From positions 1 to 37,778 of the forward strand of contig JALAIB010000059.1 of the NCBI GenBank assembly GCA_023645945.1: a stretch of DNA of 37,778 bases. Direction: 5' to 3'. Positions 1-13,479 of the stretch are shown in pieces. Position 1 is the first letter of the stretch. Every line of letters starts with the position of its first letter. The stretch comes from Diploschistes diacapsis. Its lineage: Eukaryota. A program made the position numbers and the translations under genes. The notes beneath the pieces are model-generated. The model saw only the letters and a list, made by a program, of their open reading frames with translations, had not been told where the DNA came from and did no database searches.

Positions 1-1
1 G

Positions 2-370
2 GAGGGGAAGGATGAGGTGGTGGGCTGTGATAGGAATGGTGTGGAGGCAGTGGCGGATGGGCAGGGGGTCCGAGGGAGCCTCGAAGGTAGGAATGCAGGT
101 CGTGGTGCGCGCACCATGGGTAGGGAATGGGACGGCCCCTATGAGCGCTGCATGGCGCTCTTTGTGTTGTCGGCTGGGAAGAAGGCGGGGACTAGGCGCT
201 CGAAAGGGATCAGGAGAGGGGAGGAATTGCTGGTAAGTTATGGCAAAGGGTTTTGGGGTGCTAGGACTACGAGGTGGAGCGAAGGGCAGGCGAGGATGTG
301 GGGAGATGAGGTAGAGGAGAAGGCTGTAAAGCTAGAGGATGGGTTTCAAAGGGCTGGAGGAGCTGGCTAG
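2..370 (+). CDS. 3' end of a fungal SET-domain protein (5' part outside the window)
   Basis: Frame is open from base 2 to TAG at 368-370. It encodes ERCMALFVL...KGIRRGEELLVSYGKGFW, the C-terminal SET motif (I..GEEL.VSYG..FW) of small fungal SET proteins. Confidence 0.8.
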   Translation, partial: EGKDEVVGCDRNGVEAVADGQGVRGSLEGRNAGRGARTMGREWDGPYERCMALFVLSAGKKAGTRRSKGIRRGEELLVSYGKGFWGARTTRWSEGQARMWGDEVEEKAVKLEDGFQRAGGAG

Positions 371-1927
371 ATGCAGATTACGCGCGGACTTGTAGACTAT
401 CGTCGCTTTAGTGGCGGTTCCGCATGTCAACATACATATCCCAATTCTGCCAAAGTCGGGGCTGGAATAGTTACTGATTGTGATTGGCCATTGAATGTAT
501 GCTACCTCCGCGGCATTAAGGAGGTTTACTTTCTTCCGCAATTTCAGCTTATGCTAGAAGTGAATATGCAGTGACAAATATCATCCTCAGCAAGTCCGAG
601 CTCCACCCTCCTTCAACTTCACCGCTGACTTTGAGATCTTCGACAAGGCACAAATCATTCGTCTGTCCTCCGCACGATTCCTTTCCATTGCTTGACATCC
701 ACCTATCCTGTCAAACCATTCTACTTGGACCTCGAGCCGCTATGGGCCTAATTTATACTCGCTCGCGTACCCAAAGATCAAATCCCCCAAAAATCTGGCT
801 TCGCCCAATACTCCTTACTAGACTCGATTCTACTGCACTTCAATTCAAAAGGCAGTAGAGGGTCGTAACACCATGCCTACAGCTACAAGATTACACTGCT
901 ACTAAGTTTTCTCGGTTCATTTAACCCTCATAAGACCTACCTCCCGTATCATCACTTACGAGGTCAGCATTTACTATGATATATTATTATTCTAATTGCT
1001 CCTTCTTCCTGGATATAGAGTATCTGTCATTAGCATTACTCATATTTACCCTGGAAGGTATCTTTTGTTTCGCACAGGTATCTTCTCTCCAGCCTATCCG
1101 GGTCACCAATTCTTGCGCCAGTTATTGTGCAGATACTCTTAAATCCGCCGATTAAATACTACCTTCTTATACCGATATGGCATCCAGACTTCTACACAAA
1201 GGATCCCGCAATATTCGTCTCGAGCAACAGCTCCAACAACGCATACTGTTTCCACCTCCTGAGCCAGACTCTAGACAGGACTTTCCCCGCTGCATCTAGA
1301 AAGTCTGTCTTCCCCTGATACCATTGCGGATGTATAGAAGAGTGATTGCCACTACCGCCGCAGGAGGGAAGGGGGACTCGGTGGGATACAGTGTAAGTTA
1401 CGCCTTGTTGCTCAAGAAGATTGCTCGTTGGTTCAAAAGTTAGCTCTCAACCTCGAGTGCTCAAGCAGTGGTGCAACGGTAACGAGAATATAAGCGTCGC
1501 AAGCGAAAGATGCTGGGAGCACCTCTGCTGTTTAAAGGTAAGGAGCGTGGCTCTTGCCTGTGGAAGAGGGAGCTCCGCAGCAGCACAAGTCCGTAACCAG
1601 CCTTGTCCTCCGACAAAAGAGAAAGGATACTAAGTGTAACTCCCCACAGACACACTTTCAGGTCTTCTCAAGTCCGCAGGATCAACTCAAATTGGCTGCT
1701 GATTGGCCCGTGCACTTGAGGTTGTACGAATCACAGAGTTGTATACATGGGATGATGTGACAACATCCGTATCCCCTGATTATCCCTGATTCAAGACCCC
1801 TGTTGTTGATTCGCCTTCGGCAAAACTGGAGAATAATGTCGATCTCCTTTACGAAGTACCTAAAGGATTTTCTCCAGCAACTCCAGCCTCGCTGAAAACA
1901 CGAATACGAAGGTCTTACGTTGTCTGA

Positions 1928-2548
1928 ATGGCTGCTGCTGCCCACTCTGCCAAGCTCTCCACTAGCTCCCAAGCCTTGAGCATCACACGCCACGTCGTAG
2001 AGGTACTGGCTCGAATGAGCCATATCGTGCCACTCTTCCTCGAGAGCCATTCACGTTCACGTCCACCACTTTCCACCCTGCACCCCCGCAACGGCGCCAA
2101 CTTCACCATCTCCTCCTCCGTCAACAACCTCCTCTTCGCCCTCCACCCTTGCCCCAACAACACCTACCAAGGCTCCCTCTACAACCACTCCTCTTCCATC
2201 CCCAACACCTTCAACCTTCAGATCAACTCCGACTTCGTGAACCTCGTCTACCCGCTCAGCGACTCGCTGCAGGTGATCCTGGACGCGACGGGAGCGTGAG
2301 CGCGGGGGGCCCGTGGACACGAGCGGGTTCTGGGTCGAGCCGGGGACGGGGGGCTTGGAGTATGATTTCGGGGAGGGAGAGGGGCAGATGCAGGATAGGT
2401 TCGTGGCTTGTCGATGCACGGGGAGGGGGCGAGATGCGGATTGTGGCGTGCTTTGTGCTGTGGTCCGGATAAGAGGTTCGGGGCGCGGCGGTTGGCGTGC
2501 GGGGGCGCGAGGCGGTGAGGTTGCGGACTACGCTTTTAGAAGATTGAT
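1928..2548 (+). pseudogene. Frameshifted hypothetical, possibly secreted/cell-wall-type protein (pseudogene or consensus errors)
   Basis: Strong coding-like codon bias at 2060-2300. Joining frames at G runs gives ...VILDATG-SVSAGGP-DTSGFWVEPGTGGLEYDFGEGEGQMQDRFVAC...FVLWSG...EAVRLRTTLLED*. The start codon is uncertain. Confidence 0.35.
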
Positions 2549-2927
2549 TGGCCTTACAACGGGTTGGTTTGGATATATGATGGCGTTTTGTTTGGGCTGT
2601 TTGTTGACGAGGGGTAGAGCGAGGGGCGTTCGGCTTGCGATTCATGTGCTGTTTTCACGGGAGGAGGTTCCGATGACACGATGCTGGGGGAGAGAGAAAG
2701 GCGATGCTGTATGTTATCGTTGTAGCACATGTACAGACCCGGTTCTCCAGTCCGGCCTGATTCGGTCGGCCATTTACAGTCCACGCAGCGCATGACTTCG
2801 TAGTCGTTGTCAGTCCCGCCCCCTGATCCCTCCAGAAGGCTCCAGAAAATGCTCTGCGCAAACACCACACGCAGCAGCGCATATGCCACTCGCGCGCCAA
2901 AACTCTCGGCACGTGGTCAGCTCGCCC

Positions 2928-4494
2928 CTACAGCTTCCCTCTGCCCGCATCCTTCCTCTTCACCAGCATCTTCTCCACCTCCGGCCTGCTCCAAACCTCC
3001 AACCTCCTCGGTCCCTCCCGCTGGAAGTCCACAACAACCGCCCTCTCGCTCTCCCCTCGCCTCCCGCTCCCTTCGAGCTCCTGTCCCGGCCGCTCCAATC
3101 CCAGCACCGACCGCCCGTCCCCGAGGGTCCCGATCGGCGTCGGCGAAATGCATTTGTCCGCCCACGGCGGATCGCTCGTCTTCAGGAACTGCAGGAGCGA
3201 CCGCCGTTGCTGGGCCAGCCGAGCGGGCGGAAACGGCTGCTTCGGGTCCGGAGGGGCCGGGAGATGGAAGGAGATGAGGTGCAGGAGGAAGAGTTGCGGT
3301 GGGAATAGGATGATGGGCCCGTCTTGGTCGTCGAGCGCGGGAGAAGAGGCGGGAGGCGGATATGCGTCGGGGTTGGCGAGCGAGAGCCACGTCGAGGCGT
3401 GGCGGAAGGTGGCGGTTGTGTGTTCTATTCCGCCGTCGGAGGTGGGGATTGGGATAGGGGACTCCTGTGGTAGGTTTGGGGTGCGGCGAGGTGGTGGCGG
3501 GGCAGTGCTAGGGAGGGGGTCTTCGTGCGCCCCGGCGATTTCGGCCACGGGGAGTTGTTCGGGAGGAGATGGTCTGGCTAAGGGGAGGAAGTAGAGGTAC
3601 ATTTGCGTTGTGAAGCGTTTGGGCATGTTGGTTGGAGTTACCCAACGGGTGAAAGGGAGAAGGCCGTCTGGTGGACTTTTTGTTAGCTTGGGGTCGCAAT
3701 TGGGAGCGCGAAAACAAGTTACTGAGAGCGCCTGCTGCTCACCCGTGTCCATTTCTCCACCCATTTCCTGAATCCACTCGGCGAACTTTAACCTGCCTGC
3801 ATGTATCTTCTTCCGCGCTTTTTCCCGCTCCTCATCGGGCACATTGAGCATCCCTGCATCATTCCCTCCTTGGGTTTTCCTGCCATTCTTGCTCTTCGCC
3901 AGTAATATCCCACTCTCCTCAAAGCACTCCCTTATTACCCCCCTCCTATAGGCACCCGAGTCAATATGCCGCTGCGGGCTGTCTTGAGAAGGGATTGATC
4001 CATCCTGGTCTTCGGAGAGGTTTCCACCGGGGAACACATAGGCTGAGGGGAAAGCGGAGGAGGTTCGGACACGATGAAGGAGGAGAATCTGATTTGTCGG
4101 AGATAGTAGAATGACTCTGTGTTTGGACGGCGTTGTGTTAGCTGAAAGTCATACCAAAGGGGACCGTGATAGGGATTGACCGAATTCTGCGCCAATGCGC
4201 TTTTACGAGGCTCCAAGGGATGAAAGACCAAACGAACGCGGCGGCATCTCGATAAGGTTGTGCTTACGATGCGCTGGGCTGAGCAATCGCCGCAGCCTTC
4301 GTCTTCGCGGGAGGACGTGTAGAGCCTTGAGCCATGGCAGCAGACGCAATGGAACCTGACCAAACGTCGCGACTGATTTGGCGGGTGTTCTGGGGTATAA
4401 TCCCTAAATTGGTGGCGAAATGCCAGGGTGAACTGGAGGGAAGAGGAAAGAGCTCAAATCTTGTACTTCGAACAACGGTTCGGATGCTCTGCAT
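2928..4494 (-). CDS. Nudix hydrolase, NUDT19-like (acyl-CoA diphosphatase family)
   Basis: Exons 4494 (or 4335)-4268, 4116-3743 and 3667-2928. Introns are GTAAGC..CAG and GTGAGC..CAG with GCTAAC branch sites. The spliced protein has PSASVILLSPTNQILLLHR..SSAFPSAYVFPGG, IRECFEESGILL and FTRWVTP..MPKRFTTQMYLYFL, and ends in GKL*. Confidence 0.9.
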
Positions 4495-4923
4495 TGAAGA
4501 TTGCGAGCCTTCTTGTGTGTTTCCGTTCACCTGGTTGTGCACAAGTGGGCCGAGGGTTACCAGACATCATAGAGCCCGCCCACATGCAAGCCCCTGGGCA
4601 TTTACCGCTTTCGGCAGGTTGACGCAAGATAGGGGTTTAAAGCTTGAGAAGATTCGATGAACAGCATTCGACATTAGAGGTATTGGCGGCGTCAGACAGA
4701 AACATCTATTTCATGGTTTTCAATGGTAGAAACCTTCTAACGCGGGTTCAGAGATCAATAATATTACAGTCCCAGTAAACTAATAATCATAACGGTTCGC
4801 TGAATCAGATTAAGTCTTCATACACTGCAGCGTCTCAAAAGAACGATCTCTTTTCGCTCGCGTGCTTCCCCATCTTCCTTCCTCTGCCCTTCTATCCGAG
4901 CCACATCCTTCATCGAATATATA

Positions 4924-6336
4924 TTATAGTTTCTTTGGGACATCGCCTCCTTCTCCTGCTTCTGCCATTCCTTCAATACCATCTTTTGGCCAACGCAGTA
5001 CCGGCTCTTTTATATATATCTCGGGAGAAAATAAAGAAAGCATTATTCTGTCTTCAAGTAGGACTTTATTTACTTCAATATAGGTCTTCGAAAAGGCTAG
5101 GCTCATTTCATATCCATTATTGGAGTGGGGGATCAATCGCGCGTAATATGGATCGTTCGCACGCGTGTTCGTAGCTAATTGTCGAATACTTTTCTGGGAG
5201 GGCGGTGGAGTGACTGGACAAGTAGTTGGCCTTGTCGAAGTCAAACGTCCAAAGCTGGATTGCACGATTCCGAAAGTTTGGTGAGTTGGGATCGCTGGCA
5301 TCTTTCAATGCTCTTCCTTCTTCGTGTGTGGATTCTTCTTCCCTAATCTCTTTCAATGAGCTTAAACCTAACAAACTCAACATCGTTCATGTTAGTTTGT
5401 GCACTCCAATGTGCGGCTGCAAGGCCTAGCACCATATCCTGGCAATAAGAGCTGGGCCGATGCGTAGACGTTTCATAAACATCAGCGTACAGTGGAAAGT
5501 TGCGGAGTGATGTTAGCTGCTCTTTGGTATCCTCATCCAACTCGCCCCATTCCTGGCCCAAGTATGGGCGGATAAGGCAATCCTTATTTTCTGGGTCTTT
5601 GAGAGCCGCGTCTCGTAAGCTACGGGGAAATAGATGGGATCTTGATGGCCTCGCGCACACACTTCGCAAGAGGCATAACTCTTTCGAAGAGTAAAAGAGC
5701 GCCCAGTTCCTCGTCTCGGTTTCCAGAAGGGAACCGAGCAGCATTTTCCTGCCACAAGTCAATTTCACCGGGATCAATCTCCTTGTCGCCATAACTTTCG
5801 ACAGAACGGGGAACACCTGATATTACGCGACCCGCAAAACTTGGCTCTGTTTGAAGGGTTGAGCTGTTAAGATATTTGCAGTTTGCCACATGTTGGTTGC
5901 CGATCGTACAGCCCTTTCAGAGCTGTTTACAGTCCTGCAGCGTTCTCTTGACTGCATAGAGGGTTCCGGGGGGCCCAATAATGACACCGAAAGTACCTCT
6001 TCCTATAACACGCAGTGATGCAGTTTGTACATCAACGTGCTGGGCGTCTCTCTCCACTCGGCCTGAGCCGGCCTAGTACTCATCGTAGACTGGGCCGAGA
6101 GATATCGTCTTAAGAGTGCATAATATGCTATGGGGACATATTCAATATCACACACAGACTGAGACAGCTGCTTAAGCTCATTATCCGTTTCGTTCTCATC
6201 GACTAGCTTAGATAAGTTGTATGAGATATTTCAAGAATTGCTCCAAGGGATTATCATAGGTTTTGGGGAGGTCTGTTGGTAACCTCGAACTATCTAGAGG
6301 GTTCCAGAGGTCGCTGATATCCTGAGTTGGGTCCAT
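4924..6336 (-). pseudogene. DUF3669 ('zinc finger protein-domain') kinase-like protein, disrupted
   Basis: Fragments in different frames: LLRRYLSAQSTMST, IGRGTFG..AVKR, LLFERVMPL, ENKDCLIRPYLG, SLRNFPLY, AAAHWSAQTNMNDVEFV(LG), LWTFDFD, NDPYY. It has several frameshifts and in-frame stops. Confidence 0.75.
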
Positions 6337-7671
6337 CGTGCGTTCCTGACTATCAATGCTTCCACCAAGATAATGCAAAGAAACTCCTCAAATTTTGTAG
6401 GATCCCGTGGATCCGGCTGACAAGATACAAGAAATGAAAAGATAAGGTAAGGAATTCTTAACCAGGAGCGAATTGGATATTGGGGTTCAGTTTGGGTACT
6501 TTAGCTAGAAATAGACTAGAGAAAGAAGTTGAAAGAGAACAGCCCGGCCACCCTGAGCAGAGTCAAAATGGCCTCGATTTAAATGTCGGCTAACATAGAG
6601 ATTTCGAGTCTACATAGCCAGGAAACAAACTCATGGAGCGGAGGAGACAGACCAAGGCGCACTATGACTCTTCACGCAAATTCTGATGCTCCAACTCCAC
6701 ATCGATACACTAGCTCCCATCGAGCAGCATGCATAACCCACCTCTGCCAGCCCCAACAACACCGACAAGATAACGGTATAAGAAGCTTTGCAGCCTCTCT
6801 ATAGCGTCTAAATAGCCGACCTCCCCATAAGTTTCGAAAGATGTTGGTTTAAATGCGTGCACACTGACTCAGCAGCGCAGAGAATGACATAAAATATGCC
6901 GCATCCTGCTAGGCTGGCCGAACTGAGGTATTTTCGTATGTATTCGTGGTCGACGTTTTAAACTTGCAGGCTTGATATTTTGTGCCGAGAGTAATTACTG
7001 ATGAATGCTTACTGATACTGTTGTTGCACTACAAATCTCATGCCTCTCCGTATCTTCCATCCAAAAACACGCAACATAACGCTCGAGTCTCAAGTCCCCT
7101 CGAAAGAATCTTTCGATCTACTGTCCCGCTGATTGGGCATAGAGATTGCTAGCGTTGCGTTCAGCACCCTAGCTGGGGCCGTCAATCCGAAGCAGATCCT
7201 CACTCGGCCGGAATTAGTCTGGATGTTTGCCGCCGCTCCTGATCCCTCTGAGCGCAGCACCGATGCCGCGTCCCACGGCGAGGTTGGGCCGCGGGGATGG
7301 CGGAGTAAGATGATTGTAATTTTGAACATGTAACTCTAGAGACTTCAGGGCTGGCTGATGTAGGATAAGAACGGACAGGGCGCAGTGATGCGGCCATAGG
7401 TTAGGCTGGCGCTAGGACCCCTATATAGCGCTATTTGATCAAGAGTTCTTGCAGAGTCAATATGTTCATCTTTTATTCACCATCCTCGTCTAGCTCCCGA
7501 TATGGATAGCGAGTATCAACCGTAATCTTCTTAAACATGAAGTATGTACAAGAACCATCGCCGCATCCTCTTTCCTCAAACCCCTTTCAGTCAGACAACC
7601 AATGTCAGATAAAGTATATACAGAAATCACCATCCCTCAAACCACTCAAAAACCCCCAACCCTATTCCTTT

Positions 7672-8693
7672 CTAGCACGGTGACCCAGTCGTCGAAACCC
7701 TCTTCGCCTCCTGCGCATACGGACACCCCTGTTATTGACACTACTAGCCGAGAGCCCGGCGCTCCACAACGTGACGCTGCCAAACTGCACGTCGGACTCA
7801 TACCGGCTGGCCAGCGACGCTAGGTCGCTCGGAGCCAGGTAGTACTGCGCGCCACTCGGGGTGCCTGGCGCGCCGTCATGCGCAGCGGGGACGCCGAGGA
7901 AGAGCTTGGCGTTGACGGAGGGCGTGCTGGCGAGGGAGGTCATCCAAGCGTCGTAGTTGATGGGGCCGTTGATGGAGCAGCCGGGGTTGTTGTCTGCGGT
8001 CATCGATTAGCATCAGTCGGAGAGCTTGGCGTATGGAATGGGACCCAAAGCTAGTCGAATTGTGCAGCAGTCACGATCTCGCGTATGTTCGGCTCGGGTA
8101 TGAGACACTGGGGGCGCGCCGGTGATGTAGTAGGTGTTGCCCGCGTCAAAGGCAGAAGTTCGAGCGCAGGGTCGAGATCACGTACTGGTTGTACTGATTG
8201 CTGGAGTTGCTCTCGAAATCAAGGTCCCAGCCGTCTACGAAGATGCTGCCGAGAGTACGAGGCACGCTACCGCTGGAAGCATTGCCCATAGCGTCCCACA
8301 GGTTCTGGCCAATCGTCTTGGCCTGTGACTGGAACTGCAGGGAGTAAGCACCGACGGCACCGCCAAGGGACAATATGATTTTGACGCCAGTATCTTTGCA
8401 GGTTTGCACTGCTGCGGCAAGGGCATCGCACTGCTGAGGCTGACCCTCAGTGGAGATGTAGCAGGACTGTGTTATCTTCACCGTATTCGTAAAGAAAAAC
8501 CAGAATAAGGACGTCAATATCGGGGCCGAGGTGCAGTAGGCAGACAGATCGTTGTTCTCGATGGTGCCGCCGCCGTTCCAGCCACAGTAGACGACGTTTT
8601 AGGCGCCATTAGCCTGCGGGAAAGCATGGTAGGGGCTGCAGAAGCAGTGGTGGCCATGAGGCCTAGGGCACCTAGGATGGTGTAGGAAAGCAT
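7672..8693 (-). pseudogene. GH18 class III endochitinase, disrupted
   Basis: Signal peptide MLSYTILGALGLMATTASA, then NVVYCGWNGGGTIENNDLSAYC, KIILSLGGAVGAY, catalytic VDGWDLDFES, YYITGAPQC, KLFLGVPA and the end GCPYAQEAKRVSTTGSPC*. It carries multiple frameshifts, stops and small deletions. Confidence 0.9.
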
Positions 8694-10338
8694 AGCGAAA
8701 GTTTGTAAAAAGATATGTACGGAAGAATGGAATAGAGGAAGAACGAGATTTTGAAGGACGGTATGACCTACGAAGTAGCAATTGGGCTTCTATGCGCTCT
8801 GTAAGGAGAGAAATTGAAAACATGGCGCACTTATGCTCTTGCAAAAGACAGCAAAGAATCTCACATACTCAAACGAACAGGCCACCCTTTCTCCAGAGAA
8901 GATCGCGAACGTCGCTATCTCACCATTAGCACGAGAGACTCACCCACCTCCGTCGTCCCTTCTGATACCTATTCATTCCACCGTTGAGATTTCTGTGTAA
9001 ATGGTCTTCACCAGGACACTTGACTGTGCGTGAACGTGAAATCAAATCGCAAAACTTGTGATTACATGTAGGATATCCCGTACTCAGCGTGGTCTTCCTC
9101 AAACTTTGCACCCCTTGCAAGGCGGTTCGTAGCCCGAATGGGAAAGGTAGCAAGAACCCCATAAATTCATCGTGGGCCTCCTGATATCTGGAAGCGACTT
9201 AACGTAGGTTGAGCGTGGCACCTCGAAGAGCCAGAGATGGCGTCTCTAGCCCGAAGCTTATTGATCCGGGCTAAACTACGGCCAGGAACAGGAGCAATCT
9301 GCGGTCCTATACCAAGCTGTTGCGTGATCCCTGTTGCCCGTCATGCATGAAGATCAACTGCAAGGCTCAGCAGTGTTCGTTCAAACTGCCCGAAGCCTCT
9401 GAGACTGAAAGAAACAGCGGAGAGTGTCCGCTGCACAGACCTGGACGAATGACAGTAGCTTATCTCGATCAGAGAAGCCCTCAAACAAGCTTATCGGCGG
9501 CTTGACTCATCGGTCACAAGATGAAGTACTACCGAGAGTACTAAGCAAGTTATCCTGCTCGATTATGCAGACTCGTTGGGAGAAGATTCCACGCGTCTTC
9601 TCATACATTAGTCGCCTTGAGGTACCATACTGCTCGTAGGGAAGTCAACCTAAGATGCGCATCAACGCTAATTGCCCATGCTGTGCATGCAAACGGCACT
9701 CTAAGGGGACACCCAGTTCTGTGCGAACAACGCCTCATCAACAAGCAACCAGCGCTTTGGGCAGGCAGCGTAGGATGTAGCCCTATGCCCAGTGCGAAAT
9801 CCCGACCGTAAGTGTCGGTGCATTCGCTGATCACAAGATCACTCAGGATAGAGTTGTCAGCATCAGGAAAGAATTAACCCCGATAAGGTTCAGAGTGGGT
9901 GCAGTGGAACATGGTTTATTCCGATACCCTTCCCAAAGGGCCAGTGAGCTCCGAGTGAAGTAGAAGCAATCTCTTGTACAACATTTACCTACCAGAGAGA
10001 AGTTTCGCAATCCTAGAACGCCGATAGAGCTAAGCTAAGTGTTGCTTGTAAAGGAAAGTGAAGCACTGCACCAAATATACCAGTATATTGTGTCAGTGGG
10101 CAACTCACAATAGCAATAGAGTACCTAGATGTACTGTATCTCACGATTGGCAGCACCTGCGTAGGACTCCTGACTTTGTCAAAGTTGCATTTCCCCATAC
10201 GCAACCGCTCACAGAGAGCAGAAGCTACTTTTTGACTGAGGCATGTCACTGGACTGAAGCATACGTAGCATGTTGTTTACATTTCGGATCAATTTTGTCA
10301 AGACCTGTTCCGCAGCAACCATCGTGTCTTTCTTCCAT

Positions 10339-12100
10339 CTACTCCTCCGGTGAATATTCTCTTCTTTTCCTCATTTTGTTTATCCCTTCCTGCCATAGAT
10401 TGCTGATGCTTTTCTCGAAAGATTCGTCCAGCTCCTCTAGAGTGAGACCCTTGGGCTCTGGAACAAAGCTGTATATTGTTACTATAACCGACTGGAGGCA
10501 TATGGCTTCACTTTGGGCCCATAAAGGATCAAGGCCCATCTGAGCAAACAAAAGGCAGCATAGAACCAGAACGGGCAGCAGTTTAAAGTTTTTAGAGTTT
10601 ATCAACAATGGAAAGGACGTCACCCACATTGAAGGTCGAAATCCAGTTATTTATTAATTCACAACGATCATGCCTGTGGACCCAAAATACTTAGCATTGG
10701 CTAGATCCCTGATGAATAGCGCTAGTATATGAAAGGTATGAATATCCCTGGTAGGGTCTGGCAAAAATACCGAGGTGTTGAGTCTCTTTGTGAAAAGCTC
10801 TCTGAAGCGTAATCTGGTCATATTGTAGATCAAAATCCGATTAAGGAAGAATAAAATTAGAGAGGCACTGACCCTTCTCAAAAACTGTAGGTAACAACAA
10901 AATATACCTGCCCACAAGTGTTAACGGATCGATGTAGTCACGTCCCACCATTATGATAAAGGGCCCAAGCCAATAGCGATGAGTGCTAAGAAATAAGGCC
11001 ATGAATGGGGATGTTGTCGATAGCAATTCACGGGCGGCCAACTCTATCAATCACGAGCATGTCACGAGCTGCTATTATGTTGCTCCTGCCTCGAAATCGA
11101 ACTAGTGAAACGAAGACCTCCCTATACAGCGTGTTTGATTGTCTCTTCAAGCTTTCTGCTTGCGCCGGGCGAAGATCTGCACTCTTCCAAGCCATGTGCG
11201 CTTTGTGCACGAGCCACTTTGGGATTTGGCTGCACGAAGATGTAATATTGCAATAACATCGGAGCTATCATGGAACCTCCGATCATCAACACCAGTTAAT
11301 ACAGCAGTAAGGCTGATAGTTAGAAAGAGGATATCAATAGTCCGTTATCGGCGAGTACTCCTGGCCCACGCCGGCCAGTGCTACTCCAGTAAGGTATCCG
11401 AACATGATTCCTAGCGAAAAACTGCCACACCATGACAAGAGCACATCGGATTTCCGCGGGAGCCAACCCAGCAGCATACATTGGTATCGTAGCACCCTCA
11501 ACTTCCATACCAAATCCAACAGGAAGCGTAGAGTTAGCATGTCCCCACCAACTGTTCACAATTGCCTGGCCCAGGCAGCATACAGCTGAGCATAGAGGAG
11601 CAAGGAAGGTTGTCCAGCTTCGGCCCAGCCAATGAGTAAGCGGCCGGCTGAGCCTAGGCGGAAGTCACATACTGCTAACGTGAAATTTAGCAAAGGCTAA
11701 TCATTACTAACAGCAGGTAAAGAAGCAACACAAGGAAAGGAGCGCTGTGGAGGAAGGCCTAGCCGGATGCCTGGGTTGAAAAGTACACAATTGCCGCCTA
11801 AAAGAGCGTCAGGCTGACTATTGGAGTTCCCAAGCAGACCATGTTCGTATTGAAAATAGACACGTGCTATTCATGTCATCATTTCTGCATTTAAGAGCAA
11901 CCAGGTGTAACAGGCAAGAGCAATATAAGTGACCTACCGCCATTGGTTACGGCTCCATCCTATCCCTGCACCATGGTACCTAATAAGCAGACAAAGATTA
12001 TTTGGCACATGGACCATGGTTGTGCTTGTAGTGAGTGGGCCAGGCTAGCTAAAAGTAAGAACTTGTCGAGCTGCTCAGACGCTAGGAGACAAATTAGAAA
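10339..12100 (-). pseudogene. MFS sugar/inositol transporter, heavily decayed
   Basis: QPWSMCQIIFVCLLGTMVQG*D (Trp codon to TAG at 11960-11962), GFGMEVEGATIPMYAAGLAPAEIRCALVMVWQF, VIDRVGR and FVPEPKGLTLEELD, interrupted by many stops and indels. Ends are approximate. Confidence 0.8.
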
Positions 12101-13479
12101 GTGAAACACAACGAGAATTAACACAGGCACGAAGAAAAACCGGTAAGTCGGAGCCATTGCCATGATGTAAGCGCGTGCCCTGCTTCAATGTTGTCTGCCT
12201 GGAAGCTAAGCCTTTATTCTACCGGGGATGTGAGTATATAGATGAGTTGAGTACATATATGTGGGCAAATATAATTGTATCCTGAGACCCAAGAAATTTA
12301 GGCCCATACAGTCCTGATAGGGAATTCAATATGGAGCGCTAGTCTTGCTCTCAAAGACGGGCCAAGATTAATGTGAAAGGCAGTGATGTCTGAATTCAAC
12401 AGCATCATTTCTTAGGGGAAAACAGTAATGCCTTTCTATATATAACTCCCAGTTTCGTTCTAAAGGCTTTAAGCAATCTGGTCAATCTCGAATCAAGCTA
12501 TTTAGACCTAGTAAAATGCAGTTAGCCGTAGCCGTTGCCGTTGAAAGGAATACATGTCTGCCTGCACATTTGAGGATATCATGCAGCTTCTCATGTACTA
12601 ATATGGCATTTATATCTCATGACATGATAGCATACACATCAACGCAAAACCAAACCACTAGTGCGGCAGCCCTGTCATCGGAATATGCTCCAAATGGACC
12701 TAGCCTCTCCATTAGCGTTTGCAGTTTTTGGATTTGTTGATTGATAGTCCGGTATTATCAGGACATCCTTGCATGATTCAAATCACTTTCGGACATTCAT
12801 GGTTTTGCATTGCTTAGGTACTGCGTGGACATTTGTGTTCGCGGAAGCCAGTAGCTGCCATATAGCTTGGCTAACGGCTATGCAAAGTTTAGCACGAGTG
12901 ACGAGCTAGAGGGTACGGGAGCAGGCCCTCTACTGGTAGAAATGCTTATAAATGGCCGTCTGAAAGTCATTGCCATACGAGGTAGAGCTACTATTCGTGC
13001 ACTCGTATGCAATGAACGACGGTACTATTCCACACAGCGGGTAACTTGTATCCGGGATAAATAGAAGTAGTTCACGTTGAGCTTTGGATCTCCCTTGCTT
13101 GGTCTGCATGGACATGAAGGAGTGGGTAATTCCCGTTCAGTTGCGCAGATTCGTATAACAGCCTCGTAGAACTTAAGGCGATCTCATGTAGTATGAGTTC
13201 ACATTAACAGTAGAGAAAGGTACAAGTGGTGACATACCTTCTCTTTCCTTGAACTCGATAACCAATTATTTTGAGGAACCCCGAGTACCTTTGAGTACCA
13301 TACAAGCGTTTTGCAAATTGTCTATCATCAGCAGGGCACCTCCAGCGTCGAACACAAACATGTACGGAGTTGCCATGTTCCTTTGAAGCACGTTAAGATG
13401 CTACTTACAGGGGTGTCAATACTTAGTCAATTAGTGATAGTAGGAATGCAAAAAATAAAATAAGAGTATTCTAGTGCTG

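Noticed and set aside
400..1400. Possible degraded gene on the minus strand
   Set aside because: Short open stretches are broken by stops and show no recognisable motif.
1682..2050. 122-aa minus-strand ORF with a vague GST-like look
   Set aside because: It has no convincing motif and overlaps the better-supported plus-strand coding signal.
2807..3594. Several 140-160 aa plus-strand ORFs
   Set aside because: They are antisense shadows of the GC-rich Nudix exon.
9320..9834. Cys-rich stretch (CCPSCMKINCK) and an HSMGN motif on the opposite strand
   Set aside because: The spacing does not fit Zn2Cys6, and the hydrolase-like pentapeptide is flanked by stops with no supporting context.
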